The position numbers and the translations under genes were made by a program. 64,000 nt of DNA, taken from positions 405,171-469,170 of the forward strand of contig OY970292.1 in assembly GCA_963716145.1 (NCBI GenBank), given 5' to 3'. This DNA comes from Candidatus Levyibacteriota bacterium (GTDB lineage Bacteria > Patescibacteriota > Microgenomatia > Levybacterales > UBA12049). A model generated the notes under the pieces. That model saw only the letters and a list, made by a program, of their open reading frames with translations, did no database searches and was not told the origin of the DNA. Shown piece by piece: positions 47,357 to 56,476 of the stretch; position 1 is the stretch's first letter; each line of letters begins with the position of its first letter.

Positions 47357-49558
47357 ATGAGAAAAAGAATCGGGATCAGGTGGAAAGAATTCAGAATCAA
47401 ACCTTTTTTGCAGAACTTTATTAAGCATCACAAACGCGCGGTTGTATATGCGGGGATCGCTCTTATCATTCTCATTCTTCTGGTTCCCCCTCTCACCTAT
47501 CTCTATTTTGCAAGCGATTTAAGAGACAAAGAAAGCATCATGAACCGGGGCAAGACCGGTCTTACTCTTCAAACACGCGATGGTGAGACTTTCTTCAAGT
47601 TTTACCAACCAAAAGAAATAAAATACGTTCCTATATCCGAAATTCCCGAATCTATGCAAAAAGCTGTAATCGCGACTGAGGATAAAAATTTTTATAATAA
47701 CCCGGGATTTTCAATTCGGGGAATAGCAAGAGCATTCTTCGTAAATCTTTTTGCCCACAAGATCGTCGAGGGCGGATCAACGATCACCCAAGAACTTGCC
47801 AAAAATGCTTTTCTAAACAATAGAAAGAATTTTTTAAGAAAATATCAGGAGATAGTTCTGGCAGCTGAGCTAAACAGGAGATTTAGCAAAGAGGATATTT
47901 TGGAAATGTATCTTAATTCTGTTTATTTCGGCGAGGGAGCTTTTGGAGTTGAGAATGCTTCGGTTGCCTACTTTGGCAAACACGCCAGTGAACTCACGGT
48001 TTCCGAATCAGCTCTTCTGGTTGGAATACTTCCTGCTCCATCAGCCTATTCTCCCTTGTCCAATGATGACGCAAATGCATTAAGACGGCAAAAAATTGTT
48101 TTGTCGGAAATGGTTGAAGATAAATACATTACAGTAGAAGAAAAAAACCAGGCAATTTCCAAACCACTACACTACCAACCAACAAAAATAGATGATGGCA
48201 ACACGCTGGCGCCGCATTTTGCTTTATATGTAAAAAAACAGCTAATAGATAAATACGGGGAGGAACGTATAATTAGAGAAGGTTTTCAAGTAAAAACAAC
48301 GCTAAATAAAGCTAATCAGGGGTACGCCGAAAGAATTGTTAAAAACCAGGTTCTTAATCTCAAATACAATAACGCAAGTAACGCCGCGGCCATAGCAATT
48401 GATCCGAAAAATGGGGAGATTCAGGTGATGGTCGGAAGTTACGATTGGAACGATGAGAATTTTGGAAAGACCAATATGAGCGTATCTCCACGGCAACCCG
48501 GATCATCATTTAAGCCACTTATTTATTCAGCTGCCATTGAGAAAAAACTTATAACTCCGGCAACTATTTTGGATGACAGTCCGAAAACTTTTGAAGGCTA
48601 TAGCAAAGATAAGCCCTTATTAAATAATGATAAAAGATTTAGAGGCCCTGTCACAGTGCGGCGCGCGCTTGCAAACTCACTTAATATCCCGGCAGTTGAA
48701 GTGATGGAAAAAGTCGGCGTTTCCGAAGGACTGGATCACTCAAAAAAGTTTGGCATCACAACGCTTGATAAGTTTGAAGGCGGATTGTCACTGGTACTGG
48801 GGGCTAGTGAGGTAAAACTTTTGGAGCTGACCAATGCTTACGGTGTATTTGCCAATAAAGGAGTGCTCAATGAACCGAAAGCAATTATTGAAATAAAGGA
48901 TAAATATGGCAAAAATGTTGATAATACAGGCGGATTATTTTCGTTCTTAAACATTTTTAAGGTCTTTAAACCCGGTACATCGCAGAGAGTTTTGTCGGAA
49001 GAAGCAGCATTTTTAATATCCTCAATTCTTTCTGATAACCGAGCGAGGGCTGAAACATTTGGAGGATCTCTGACAGTTTCAAGAATCGCGGCTGTCAAAA
49101 CAGGAACTACCAATGACTATCGCGATGCGCTTACAGTTGGCTACACACCTAGTCTTGTTGTTGGGGTTTGGGTTGGAAACAATGACAATTCTCCGATGGA
49201 CAATGTCGCCGGGTCTTTGGGCGCTGCGCCCATCTGGCGGTCTTTGATGAACAATTTTTTGCTGAATACAAAGCTTGAAACTTTCCAGAAACCGACATTT
49301 GTTGTGTCACAACCTGTTTGTGTAACCGGGGCCAGAACTATAACAGAGTATTTCATCGCCGGAACTCAACCACAGTCCTGCGAGCTACCAACACCTACGT
49401 TATCTCTGACGCCAAGTCCATCCGTGACAACAACCCCAACACCCACCAATAAACCTGAGGATCCAACTCCTACCCCGACTCCTTCGCCAACGCCGGAAGA
49501 GGAGCAACCAACTCCAACGCAATCAATATCTTTGCCTACAATACAAGTAACTCCCTAG
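47357..49558 (+). CDS. Class A penicillin-binding protein (transglycosylase plus transpeptidase) with a Pro/Thr-rich C-terminal tail.
   Basis: GT51 motifs (EDKNFYNNPG, ITQELAKN) and a transpeptidase SxxK-type region (SSFKP). Confidence 0.85.
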   Translation: MRKRIGIRWKEFRIKPFLQNFIKHHKRAVVYAGIALIILILLVPPLTYLYFASDLRDKESIMNRGKTGLTLQTRDGETFFKFYQPKEIKYVPISEIPESMQKAVIATEDKNFYNNPGFSIRGIARAFFVNLFAHKIVEGGSTITQELAKNAFLNNRKNFLRKYQEIVLAAELNRRFSKEDILEMYLNSVYFGEGAFGVENASVAYFGKHASELTVSESALLVGILPAPSAYSPLSNDDANALRRQKIVLSEMVEDKYITVEEKNQAISKPLHYQPTKIDDGNTLAPHFALYVKKQLIDKYGEERIIREGFQVKTTLNKANQGYAERIVKNQVLNLKYNNASNAAAIAIDPKNGEIQVMVGSYDWNDENFGKTNMSVSPRQPGSSFKPLIYSAAIEKKLITPATILDDSPKTFEGYSKDKPLLNNDKRFRGPVTVRRALANSLNIPAVEVMEKVGVSEGLDHSKKFGITTLDKFEGGLSLVLGASEVKLLELTNAYGVFANKGVLNEPKAIIEIKDKYGKNVDNTGGLFSFLNIFKVFKPGTSQRVLSEEAAFLISSILSDNRARAETFGGSLTVSRIAAVKTGTTNDYRDALTVGYTPSLVVGVWVGNNDNSPMDNVAGSLGAAPIWRSLMNNFLLNTKLETFQKPTFVVSQPVCVTGARTITEYFIAGTQPQSCELPTPTLSLTPSPSVTTTPTPTNKPEDPTPTPTPSPTPEEEQPTPTQSISLPTIQVTP

Positions 49559-49567
49559 TGGGAATAT

Positions 49568-50383
49568 CTAAGTTGTTGCGATGTGATGATTGGCGGATTT
49601 TGTGGAATTTCCTCCAAATCTTCTATCTCTTTCCGCATACTCTTCAAGTGCAGCGTCTAAATCTTCGGGACCAAAATCTGGCCAAAGTTTTTGTGAAGTA
49701 ACAGGTTCTGCATAATGAGCTTCCCATAACATAAAACCACTCTGGCGGTGCTCTCCGCCTGTACGAATAATTAAATCTACGGGGCTCATATCAGGAGCAT
49801 ACATATGACCTGATACCATTTCCTCCGTTACGCTTTCATCAACTTGATCAAGAGGTATTTGTAGCCTTACAATTTCTTTTACAGCGTCAACTATTTCCGC
49901 TCTTCCACCATAGTTAAGGGCAAAATTTACAATAATTTTCCTTCCGTCTTTTGTCTGCTCCTCAACCTCCCTTATTCTTCTTGCAATATCCTCTGGGAAT
50001 TGAGCAACGCGTCCTATTGCTCTAATTCTTATTCCCTCCTCAATAAATCTTTCAACCAAATTACCATCAAAAGTTTCCCGAAACACCCGAAATAACTCAT
50101 TAACTTGTACCTCTCCTCTTTTCCAGTTCTCAGTTGAAAATGCCCATATGCTCAGCTCGCTTATTCCACGTTTTGCTGCGTGAATTACCACAGGCTCTAG
50201 ATTACCATTTAAACCTCTTCTGTGTCCTTCTATGCGAGGAATCCCATGCCCTTCTGCCCATCGTCTATTTCCATCCATAATGATAGCAACGTGGTTGGGT
50301 GCTGACCCGATCAGCTCTCTACCTTCAGGCTCCGCTTTCAATACTCCTCCATTCGATTGACCCGGTCGCTCTATAGCTGTCAT
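49568..50383 (-). CDS. uppS: Undecaprenyl-diphosphate synthase.
   Basis: HVAIIMDGNRRWA ... NYGGR. Confidence 0.9.
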   Translation of the reverse strand: MTAIERPGQSNGGVLKAEPEGRELIGSAPNHVAIIMDGNRRWAEGHGIPRIEGHRRGLNGNLEPVVIHAAKRGISELSIWAFSTENWKRGEVQVNELFRVFRETFDGNLVERFIEEGIRIRAIGRVAQFPEDIARRIREVEEQTKDGRKIIVNFALNYGGRAEIVDAVKEIVRLQIPLDQVDESVTEEMVSGHMYAPDMSPVDLIIRTGGEHRQSGFMLWEAHYAEPVTSQKLWPDFGPEDLDAALEEYAERDRRFGGNSTKSANHHIATT

Positions 50384-51864
50384 TTTTTTCTCACTTTAGC
50401 TCCCTTTTTGCTGTCTTCGAGTACATATCCCAACTTTTCAATCTTATTTCTCATCTGATCTGCCAGATTGAAGCGCTTGTCTTTTCTGAGCTGCTCACGT
50501 TCTCTGACCATTTCTTTAATCTCCTCAGGCACTATTCCCTGATCTTTTTTAATAACTTCCCTATTTTGTGATAGGTTCAGACCCAGCACTTGATCCATTT
50601 TAAAAAGCGTTTTCGCCTTGGCGCCGGTTGGATGGTCAGACTTGACCATGTCCCACATTACAGCCAGGGCTTGAGGCATATTGAGATCGTCATTAATCGC
50701 CTCCAGAAAGCGCTTGTCGTACTCAGGAAGTGATCCGGCCGGCTCATCCCAAAGCGCAATGTCTTGAAGTAGATTTTTCAGAGCATTTTCGGATGCATCA
50801 AGTGAGGGAAAAGTAAAGTTGAGCTCTTTGCGGTAATGCGTCTGAAGATAGAGATAGCGAAGACTCATCGGGTGATACCCGCTTTTATCCAAATCGTAAA
50901 GTCTGTAATTGTTCCCAAGACTTTTACTCATTCGCTCGCCTTGAATCAGAATGAATGCGGAGTGAACCCAGTAATTTACAAATTTTTTGCCAGTTGCGGC
51001 CTCAGCTTGTGCAATTTCATTTGGGTGATGTGTCTGCTTAAGATCTACTCCGCCAGCGTGAATATCAATGGTTCGACTATGCTCACCATTGACCCTGAGC
51101 TTGCCGAATGGGTCAAAACTCTCTGTTAAATACTTCAATGCCATCGCGGAGCATTCTATATGCCATCCCGGAAATCCCAAGCCCCACGGAGATTTCCATT
51201 GCATGTGCCTCTTACTCAATCCTGAGCCTGCCGAAGGACTAAATTTCCACAGCGCGAAATCCTGGGGATTTTTCTTCTCTTCATTTATACCAATCCGGGA
51301 AAAACTAGCTCCTTCCCCGCCCTGAGCTTGCCGAATGGGTTTGATCTGATCAAGATCTGATAATTTCCCGTAATCTTTAAATTTCGAGGTATTGAAATAA
51401 ATCCCATCACTTGTTGAGTAAGTAAATCCTTTCTTCTCCAAACGCGTAACCAGATCAATTTGTTCTTTAATGTGATCTGTGGCTTTGGCAAAGCGTTCAG
51501 GCTGTTCCAGATTTAATGCTTCGTAATCTTTCAAAAATGCTTCCGTGTAGAATTTGGCGACATCCCAAGCAGTCTTTCCTTCTTTTTTGGCAGCTTTCTC
51601 CATCCTGTCCTCCCCGGTGTCAGCATCCCCGAGATTGTCCCCTGTCAGATGCCCGACATCTGTCAGATTCATAATGTATTTCACGCTGTAACCATTGTGC
51701 TTTATAGTTCTGATCAGTAAATCAGCGGTCGTGTAAGTGCGAAAATTTCCGATGTGAGCAAAGTCATAAACAGTGGGACCACAGGTATACATCCCAACTT
51801 GCTTTGGATTAATTGACTTAAAAGTTTCGACTTTTCTGGAGAGAGAATTATAGAGTTTTAGCAT
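50380..51864 (-). CDS. cysS: Cysteine--tRNA ligase. It carries three in-frame copies of the GC-rich 18-nt motif.
   Basis: CGPTVYDFAHIGN, HIECSAMA, KMSKSLGN. Extra loops (SPSAGSGLS, DPFGKLRVNG, KPIRQAQGG) sit at the motif copies. Confidence 0.9.
   Translation of the reverse strand: MLKLYNSLSRKVETFKSINPKQVGMYTCGPTVYDFAHIGNFRTYTTADLLIRTIKHNGYSVKYIMNLTDVGHLTGDNLGDADTGEDRMEKAAKKEGKTAWDVAKFYTEAFLKDYEALNLEQPERFAKATDHIKEQIDLVTRLEKKGFTYSTSDGIYFNTSKFKDYGKLSDLDQIKPIRQAQGGEGASFSRIGINEEKKNPQDFALWKFSPSAGSGLSKRHMQWKSPWGLGFPGWHIECSAMALKYLTESFDPFGKLRVNGEHSRTIDIHAGGVDLKQTHHPNEIAQAEAATGKKFVNYWVHSAFILIQGERMSKSLGNNYRLYDLDKSGYHPMSLRYLYLQTHYRKELNFTFPSLDASENALKNLLQDIALWDEPAGSLPEYDKRFLEAINDDLNMPQALAVMWDMVKSDHPTGAKAKTLFKMDQVLGLNLSQNREVIKKDQGIVPEEIKEMVREREQLRKDKRFNLADQMRNKIEKLGYVLEDSKKGAKVRKK
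51094..51112. repeat. GC-motif copy CCTGAGCTTGCCGAATGG, flanked by TTGACCC / GGGTCAA, inside cysS.
   Basis: It reads DPFGKLRVNG in frame. Same 18-mer as 51321-51338. Confidence 0.75.
51221..51238. repeat. GC-motif copy CCTGAGCCTGCCGAAGGA inside cysS.
   Basis: It reads SPSAGSG, in a different frame from the other cysS copies. 17/18 identical to the ssb copy at 3632-3649. Confidence 0.75.
51321..51338. repeat. GC-motif copy CCTGAGCTTGCCGAATGG inside cysS.
   Basis: It reads KPIRQAQGG, in a third frame. Confidence 0.75.
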
Positions 51865-51960
51865 AGCGAGTCAACAATGAAGCAGCTGCATGTGTATTAT
51901 AGCTTGATTGTGGCAAAAACTCCAATAGCTGCTTATTCTAGAACTGCTAAAAAATTCTTA

Positions 51961-52254
51961 TTATGCAGCAGTTGCAGCCATTTCCCGACGGCGGGCGTCT
52001 CTTTTATCCCGTAATGCACTATATATTGAAAAACCAACTTCATCCATTACAGCAGAGTTTGCCCAATTGCGCTTTCCCTGATCAGGAATTAAAAATCCGA
52101 AACGCCTATCCATTCTATCTGCAGAATCTACGATGATCTCATTGACTGCATGTAGAAGGGCCGGATGTCTTGTTGTAATTTTCCTCTTGTCATGCATGAT
52201 TGGACTGTAATCAGAATCATAACCGGCAATACTCAAAATATGAACTGCTGTCAT
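51961..52254 (-). CDS. Hypothetical protein. It may be the 3' part of a longer disrupted gene that starts at 52516.
   Basis: ORF MTAVHILSIAGYDSDYSPIMHDKRK... An upstream small ORF at 52355..52516 (MNYIEQSIKPAVAPAPAEG...) ends at a TGA. A +1 frame stays open across the gap. Confidence 0.35.
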   Translation of the reverse strand: MTAVHILSIAGYDSDYSPIMHDKRKITTRHPALLHAVNEIIVDSADRMDRRFGFLIPDQGKRNWANSAVMDEVGFSIYSALRDKRDARRREMAATAA

Positions 52255-52526
52255 TATGTGTTTTTCATCCTTTGACCACAGACTCTCTGCGGGTTCGTCT
52301 TCTACGGGAAATTTTTTGTCGCTTATTTGTCTGTTGATTCCTGCTAAAATATCAGGAACGCAAGGATTCTGCAGACTCCATTACTTTTGTCCGCTTCGCA
52401 TCATCCATTCCTTCAAACTGCAATGCTCTACCCAATCTAAACCTGGCTTCAGGAACAAGTCCTTCTGCTGGTGCTGGTGCTACTGCCGGCTTAATACTTT
52501 GTTCTATGTAATTCATAAGTTCCTTT

Positions 52527-52556
52527 CAAAACACAAAAAACCCGCTTTCTGGCGGG
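52527..52556 (-). terminator. Rho-independent terminator (minus strand).
   Basis: Minus-strand sense reads CCCGCCAGAAAGCGGG followed by TTTTTTGTGTTTT. It lies downstream of the 52638..53300 gene. Confidence 0.65.
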
Positions 52557-52637
52557 TGATTTTCTGTAAATCGACACCGCCCTTACGGGTTGACGAGAAT
52601 GACGACTACTGAAAGTGAATTTCTAAATTTGTACATA

Positions 52638-53300
52638 CTAAATATATTTTATCACTAAAAATGACATAATCAAGTAGCAAAATAGCTCTACCCGCTGAGC
52701 ACCGCGGAATGTTTCTGTTTTTTGCTGGCTCATTTTAAGCGCAAATCCCGTTGTTTTTGCCTTCTTACCCATTCTATTGCGTCCTTTTCCTGTTGCTTGA
52801 GGAAGCTGTTCCTTTTCCTCAGCTTCTTTTTTCTTTTTCTGCTCTTCCTCTTCTTCTTGTTGTTTCTTACGCTCTGCTCTCTGCTGCTCCTGCTCGCGTC
52901 GAAACTTCTTAACTCTATCCTCAAGCGTCATCACCGACTCATCAAAATAATGCTGCATGTGAAACATGATATCCTCGGCACCCTTGGCGTCTCCCTTGTC
53001 CAGATATTGCTGTCTGGCTATAAATTTCGCGTGGTCCCCTGCATTACTGGTTCCTGAAAGGATGTGTACTGCTTTCTTGGGTTTAGGAGACGGTGCGGCT
53101 TGCTGCTGAGGATTTTTTGCGTTTGGATCCTTCGGATCTGCTGAAGACTTATCGGTTACACCATACAATTGAGCTACAATGTCGTTTGTTACGGCTTTTG
53201 CTTGCTGCTTGGCGGCGTCACTCAATGCTTTAACGGGTTTTGTGAGAGAAATTCCATTTTCAAAACTTGTTTCTTCGCTCCCAAAAGTATTTTTTGCCAT
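52638..53300 (-). CDS. Hypothetical Lys/Glu/Gln-rich protein.
   Basis: ORF. The C-terminal 30 codons look like read-through. The true stop may lie earlier. Confidence 0.4.
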   Translation of the reverse strand: MAKNTFGSEETSFENGISLTKPVKALSDAAKQQAKAVTNDIVAQLYGVTDKSSADPKDPNAKNPQQQAAPSPKPKKAVHILSGTSNAGDHAKFIARQQYLDKGDAKGAEDIMFHMQHYFDESVMTLEDRVKKFRREQEQQRAERKKQQEEEEEQKKKKEAEEKEQLPQATGKGRNRMGKKAKTTGFALKMSQQKTETFRGAQRVELFCYLIMSFLVIKYI

Positions 53301-53356
53301 AACTTAATAATACTACCAATGCTAAAAATCAACAAATTACATAAATTATTATAACT

Positions 53357-53965
53357 CTAATACTCACTTCTCCCCACCATGGCTTGGTCTAAGGTGGTTG
53401 AATCAGCATATTCAATATCCGCTCCTGTCGGTAAGCCCCTGCCTATCCTTGTGATTCTCAGTTCTGAGTTCAAAGTTTTAAGTTGTTTCGCAAGAAACAT
53501 AGCTGTCGCTTCTCCCTCCATAGTGGGATTGGTTGCCAATATAACTTCCGTAATTCTTGGTTCTAAATTCTTGATTCTTTGTACGAGTTCGCTTATGCGA
53601 ATCTCGTCCGGCCCGATATTATTTAACGGATCTATTTTCCCATGCAAAACATGATAAACTCCCTGGTACTTTCCGCTCTTTTCAAATGCCAGAATATCAA
53701 GTGGCTGCTCCACGACACAAATTATTTGCTGATTCCGCTTATTATCCGAACAAATACTGCATGGATCTATCTCATCAACTGAAAAACAAATTGAGCAAAT
53801 AATAGTATCTTTTTTTAGATTCTGAACTGACAAAGCAAACCTATCAAGTTCACCTTGCGGAACATGCAGAAGATAAAAAGCGAGGCGTTGAGCAGTCTTG
53901 GGACCCACCCCCGGCAAACGCTCAAAACCCTCAACTAAATTGGTAATTGCTTTTGGAATACGCAT
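53357..53965 (-). CDS. recR: Recombination protein RecR.
   Basis: HhH N-terminus, C4 zinc finger (CSICFSVDEIDPCSIC) and a Toprim domain. Confidence 0.9.
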   Translation of the reverse strand: MRIPKAITNLVEGFERLPGVGPKTAQRLAFYLLHVPQGELDRFALSVQNLKKDTIICSICFSVDEIDPCSICSDNKRNQQIICVVEQPLDILAFEKSGKYQGVYHVLHGKIDPLNNIGPDEIRISELVQRIKNLEPRITEVILATNPTMEGEATAMFLAKQLKTLNSELRITRIGRGLPTGADIEYADSTTLDQAMVGRSEY

Positions 53966-53967
53966 AA

Positions 53968-54083
53968 TCTAATTTTCAGTTTTTAATTTAAAATTTGAAA
54001 TGAATATTTAATGTTTTAAATTTAAATTTTTAAACATTTTATACTTCAATGAAAATTGAAAATTTCAAATTGAAAATTGTTCT
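53968..54083 (-). repeat. R2-family AT-rich element, copy a (upstream of recR).
   Basis: The 51-nt block 53985-54035 is identical to 59358-59408. The tail TTCAATGAAAATTGAAAATTTCAAATTGAAAATT is conserved. Confidence 0.8.
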
Positions 54084-54086
54084 ATC

Positions 54087-54980
54087 TCATTTCCTATCAT
54101 CTCCCCAACCGACAGGATTTCTAACTTTGGAAACTTCTTTTCTTGTGGGACACAACACTGAATCTGTCACAAAAACTTTATTTATAATTGATTCTTGTAG
54201 CAACTTAGGTGCATCCACTGAAAAAATCGGATGAGTAACAAAAGCATAAATTTCTTCAATCCCGTTTTTTTGTAAAAGTTTTGCCGACTCGATAAGTGTT
54301 CCCCCGCTTGATGCCATATCGTCAACAATAAAAGCTTTTTTTGCATTTGGGGACAAATCTCCTTCAATCTTTTTAATCTGAATACTCCCGGTTGCAAGAT
54401 CGCGGTCTTTCACTGTCGCGATCCATGGCATATTACCAAGCGAATCGGACATTATCTTTATCCTGCGCAATCCTCCCATGTCAGGAGAAACCAAAACAGA
54501 ATTATCATCAATTCCGATTTCTTTAATCTTCTGCGCAAATAAAGGGAGAGCCGACAAATGCGAGACAGCAATAGAAAAAATCTCAGGCGTTTTTACGGTA
54601 TGAAAATCAATAGCAATGACTCTGTCTATTTTTACTGATTGTAAGGCATTCACTATCACCTCAAGCGAAACTGCTTCTCCATCGCGAAAAACATGATCCT
54701 GCCTCTGATACCCAAGATACGGAATAATGACGGTTATTGATCTTGCTCCTGATCTCCTCAGGCCATCCGCGATAAAAAAAAGCTCCATATAATTTTGATC
54801 AACCGGGGCTGCGGTGGGTTGAACAATAACGGTATCTTCCTCTAGAACGGGCGTTTCAATCCTAACGCGTCTTTCCCCGTCGGGAAAAACAAATATTTCA
54901 ATCGGGGAAAGTTGTAGGTTCAAATGCTTTACAATTTTTTCAGCCAAAGGCTTATTGCTACTCCCGCTAAATATTTTCAT
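54087..54980 (-). CDS. prs: Ribose-phosphate pyrophosphokinase (copy 1).
   Basis: Prs N- and C-terminal PRPP-binding motifs (DLHA-like region, VLVDDMIDT-like FIVDDMASSGGT). Confidence 0.8.
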   Translation of the reverse strand: MKIFSGSSNKPLAEKIVKHLNLQLSPIEIFVFPDGERRVRIETPVLEEDTVIVQPTAAPVDQNYMELFFIADGLRRSGARSITVIIPYLGYQRQDHVFRDGEAVSLEVIVNALQSVKIDRVIAIDFHTVKTPEIFSIAVSHLSALPLFAQKIKEIGIDDNSVLVSPDMGGLRRIKIMSDSLGNMPWIATVKDRDLATGSIQIKKIEGDLSPNAKKAFIVDDMASSGGTLIESAKLLQKNGIEEIYAFVTHPIFSVDAPKLLQESIINKVFVTDSVLCPTRKEVSKVRNPVGWGDDRK

Positions 54981-55031
54981 CTGTGATTATTGTACTATTA
55001 ATGAGGCTTCGGGGGCAAGATAAATCAAAAT

Positions 55032-56012
55032 CTAGAGTATCAAATCACGGCTGATGGACTCACCTGTCTGAATACGTCTTATTGCTTCGGCCAAAAGCGG
55101 AGCGATTGAGGCAATTTTAATTTTTTTATTATTTTCCACCTCCGGTTTTTGTTTTATTGTATCAGTGACAAATACTTCATCAATTGCCGGTGCTGCAAGC
55201 CTTTCCATCGCGGGACCTGAAAATATTCCGTGGGTTGCTGCCAAACGAATACTGGCAGCACCTTGTTTCTTTATAAAATTCGCAGCACTCACAATAGTTC
55301 CTGCCGTATCAATCATATCATCAACCAAAAGAACATTTTTATCTTTTACATTTCCAATCATATATAGTGCTTCTGATTGATTATTCACAGCGACATCCCG
55401 CTCTTTATAAACAAGCGCAACACCTTCTGCTCCCAGAAGCTTTGCGTAACCAGTAGCGCGCACCATACCGCCCTTATCAGGAGAAGCAATTACCAGATTT
55501 TTTAGCTTTTGCGCTTTAATCATGGGGATAAGAGCATATGATCCGTATAAATTATCCCATGGAATATTGACAAATCCCTGCTGCTGCTGCGAATGTATAT
55601 CAATTGTCAGGATTTGGGTCGCGCCGGCTGTTGTAATCATATTGGCAATAAGCGAGGAACTGATTGGAACTCTTGGCATTTCTTTTCTGTCCTGGCGGGA
55701 ATATCCAAAGTACGGAATAATCGCGGATATTTCTGCAGCAGAAGAACGCTTAGCTGCATCAATCATAAGAAGTAGCTCCATAATCCTATCATTCACAAAA
55801 GGAGCTGTTGGCTGAATTATAAAAACATGCCTGTTACGCATACTTACCGGTATACGTACTCTAACTTCCCCATCGGAGAAATAACTCAACGGCTCAAAAA
55901 CTTTTTGCCCAATTAGTTTGGCAATATCCTGCCCCAGCTTGGTATTAGCCTTTCCTGACAAAAGAATAAACTCACCCACTTTAAAATCACTTATGCTTTT
56001 CTTATTTGCCAT
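55032..56012 (-). CDS. prs: Ribose-phosphate pyrophosphokinase (copy 2).
   Basis: GEFILLSGKANTKLGQDIAKLIG ... LLVDDMIDTAGT. Confidence 0.85.
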   Translation of the reverse strand: MANKKSISDFKVGEFILLSGKANTKLGQDIAKLIGQKVFEPLSYFSDGEVRVRIPVSMRNRHVFIIQPTAPFVNDRIMELLLMIDAAKRSSAAEISAIIPYFGYSRQDRKEMPRVPISSSLIANMITTAGATQILTIDIHSQQQQGFVNIPWDNLYGSYALIPMIKAQKLKNLVIASPDKGGMVRATGYAKLLGAEGVALVYKERDVAVNNQSEALYMIGNVKDKNVLLVDDMIDTAGTIVSAANFIKKQGAASIRLAATHGIFSGPAMERLAAPAIDEVFVTDTIKQKPEVENNKKIKIASIAPLLAEAIRRIQTGESISRDLIL

Positions 56013-56030
56013 ATATTTTAATACTACCAA

Positions 56031-56145
56031 TAACCCAATATGTAAATACTACCAATCAATTCCCAATGCAAAATAAACAAATAATTCTGCATTAAACCAT
56101 TTTTATTGATTTGTTTATTGGCTTATTTGTTTATTGGTAGTATTT
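56031..56145 (-). repeat. AT-rich dyad element upstream of prs copy 2. A 14-bp inverted repeat AATACTACCAATAA / TTATTGGTAGTATT plus direct repeats.
   Basis: Seen directly. It shares the ATTGGTA motif near the start codon with the R1 elements. Confidence 0.6.
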
Positions 56146-56439
56146 CTACTTTCCACCTAATAATCCTCCAAGACCGCCCATTCCTCCCATGCTTTGCAAT
56201 TTCTTGGCAGCAACTTCCTGAGACTTTTTAACTGCTTCATTAACTGCTCCTCTTATGTCGCTGTCTGATTTCCCGTTGCTTATAATTTCCCGTATCTCCT
56301 GATCTCCTGAAATACGCACATAAACACCGTGCTTATTTATCTCAACTTCCTCCATTTTGAGCTGCTTTTGAATCTGCATCGCCTGATCGCGCATTTTTTT
56401 AAGTTCTCCCAATTGACCAAATGGATTATTCATATTCAA
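56146..56439 (-). CDS. ybaB: Nucleoid-associated protein YbaB/EbfC.
   Basis: MNMNNPFGQLGELKKMRDQA ... ends in a Gly-rich tail. Conserved dnaX-ybaB-recR order. Confidence 0.85.
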   Translation of the reverse strand: MNMNNPFGQLGELKKMRDQAMQIQKQLKMEEVEINKHGVYVRISGDQEIREIISNGKSDSDIRGAVNEAVKKSQEVAAKKLQSMGGMGGLGGLLGGK

Positions 56440-56476
56440 TCACCCCCAATTAATTTTCAGTTTTCAATTGAAAATT
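56440..56476 (-). repeat. R2-related short element with the palindrome TTTTCAATTGAAAA.
   Basis: AATTTTCAGTTTTCAATTGAAAATT lies between dnaX and ybaB. Confidence 0.5.
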
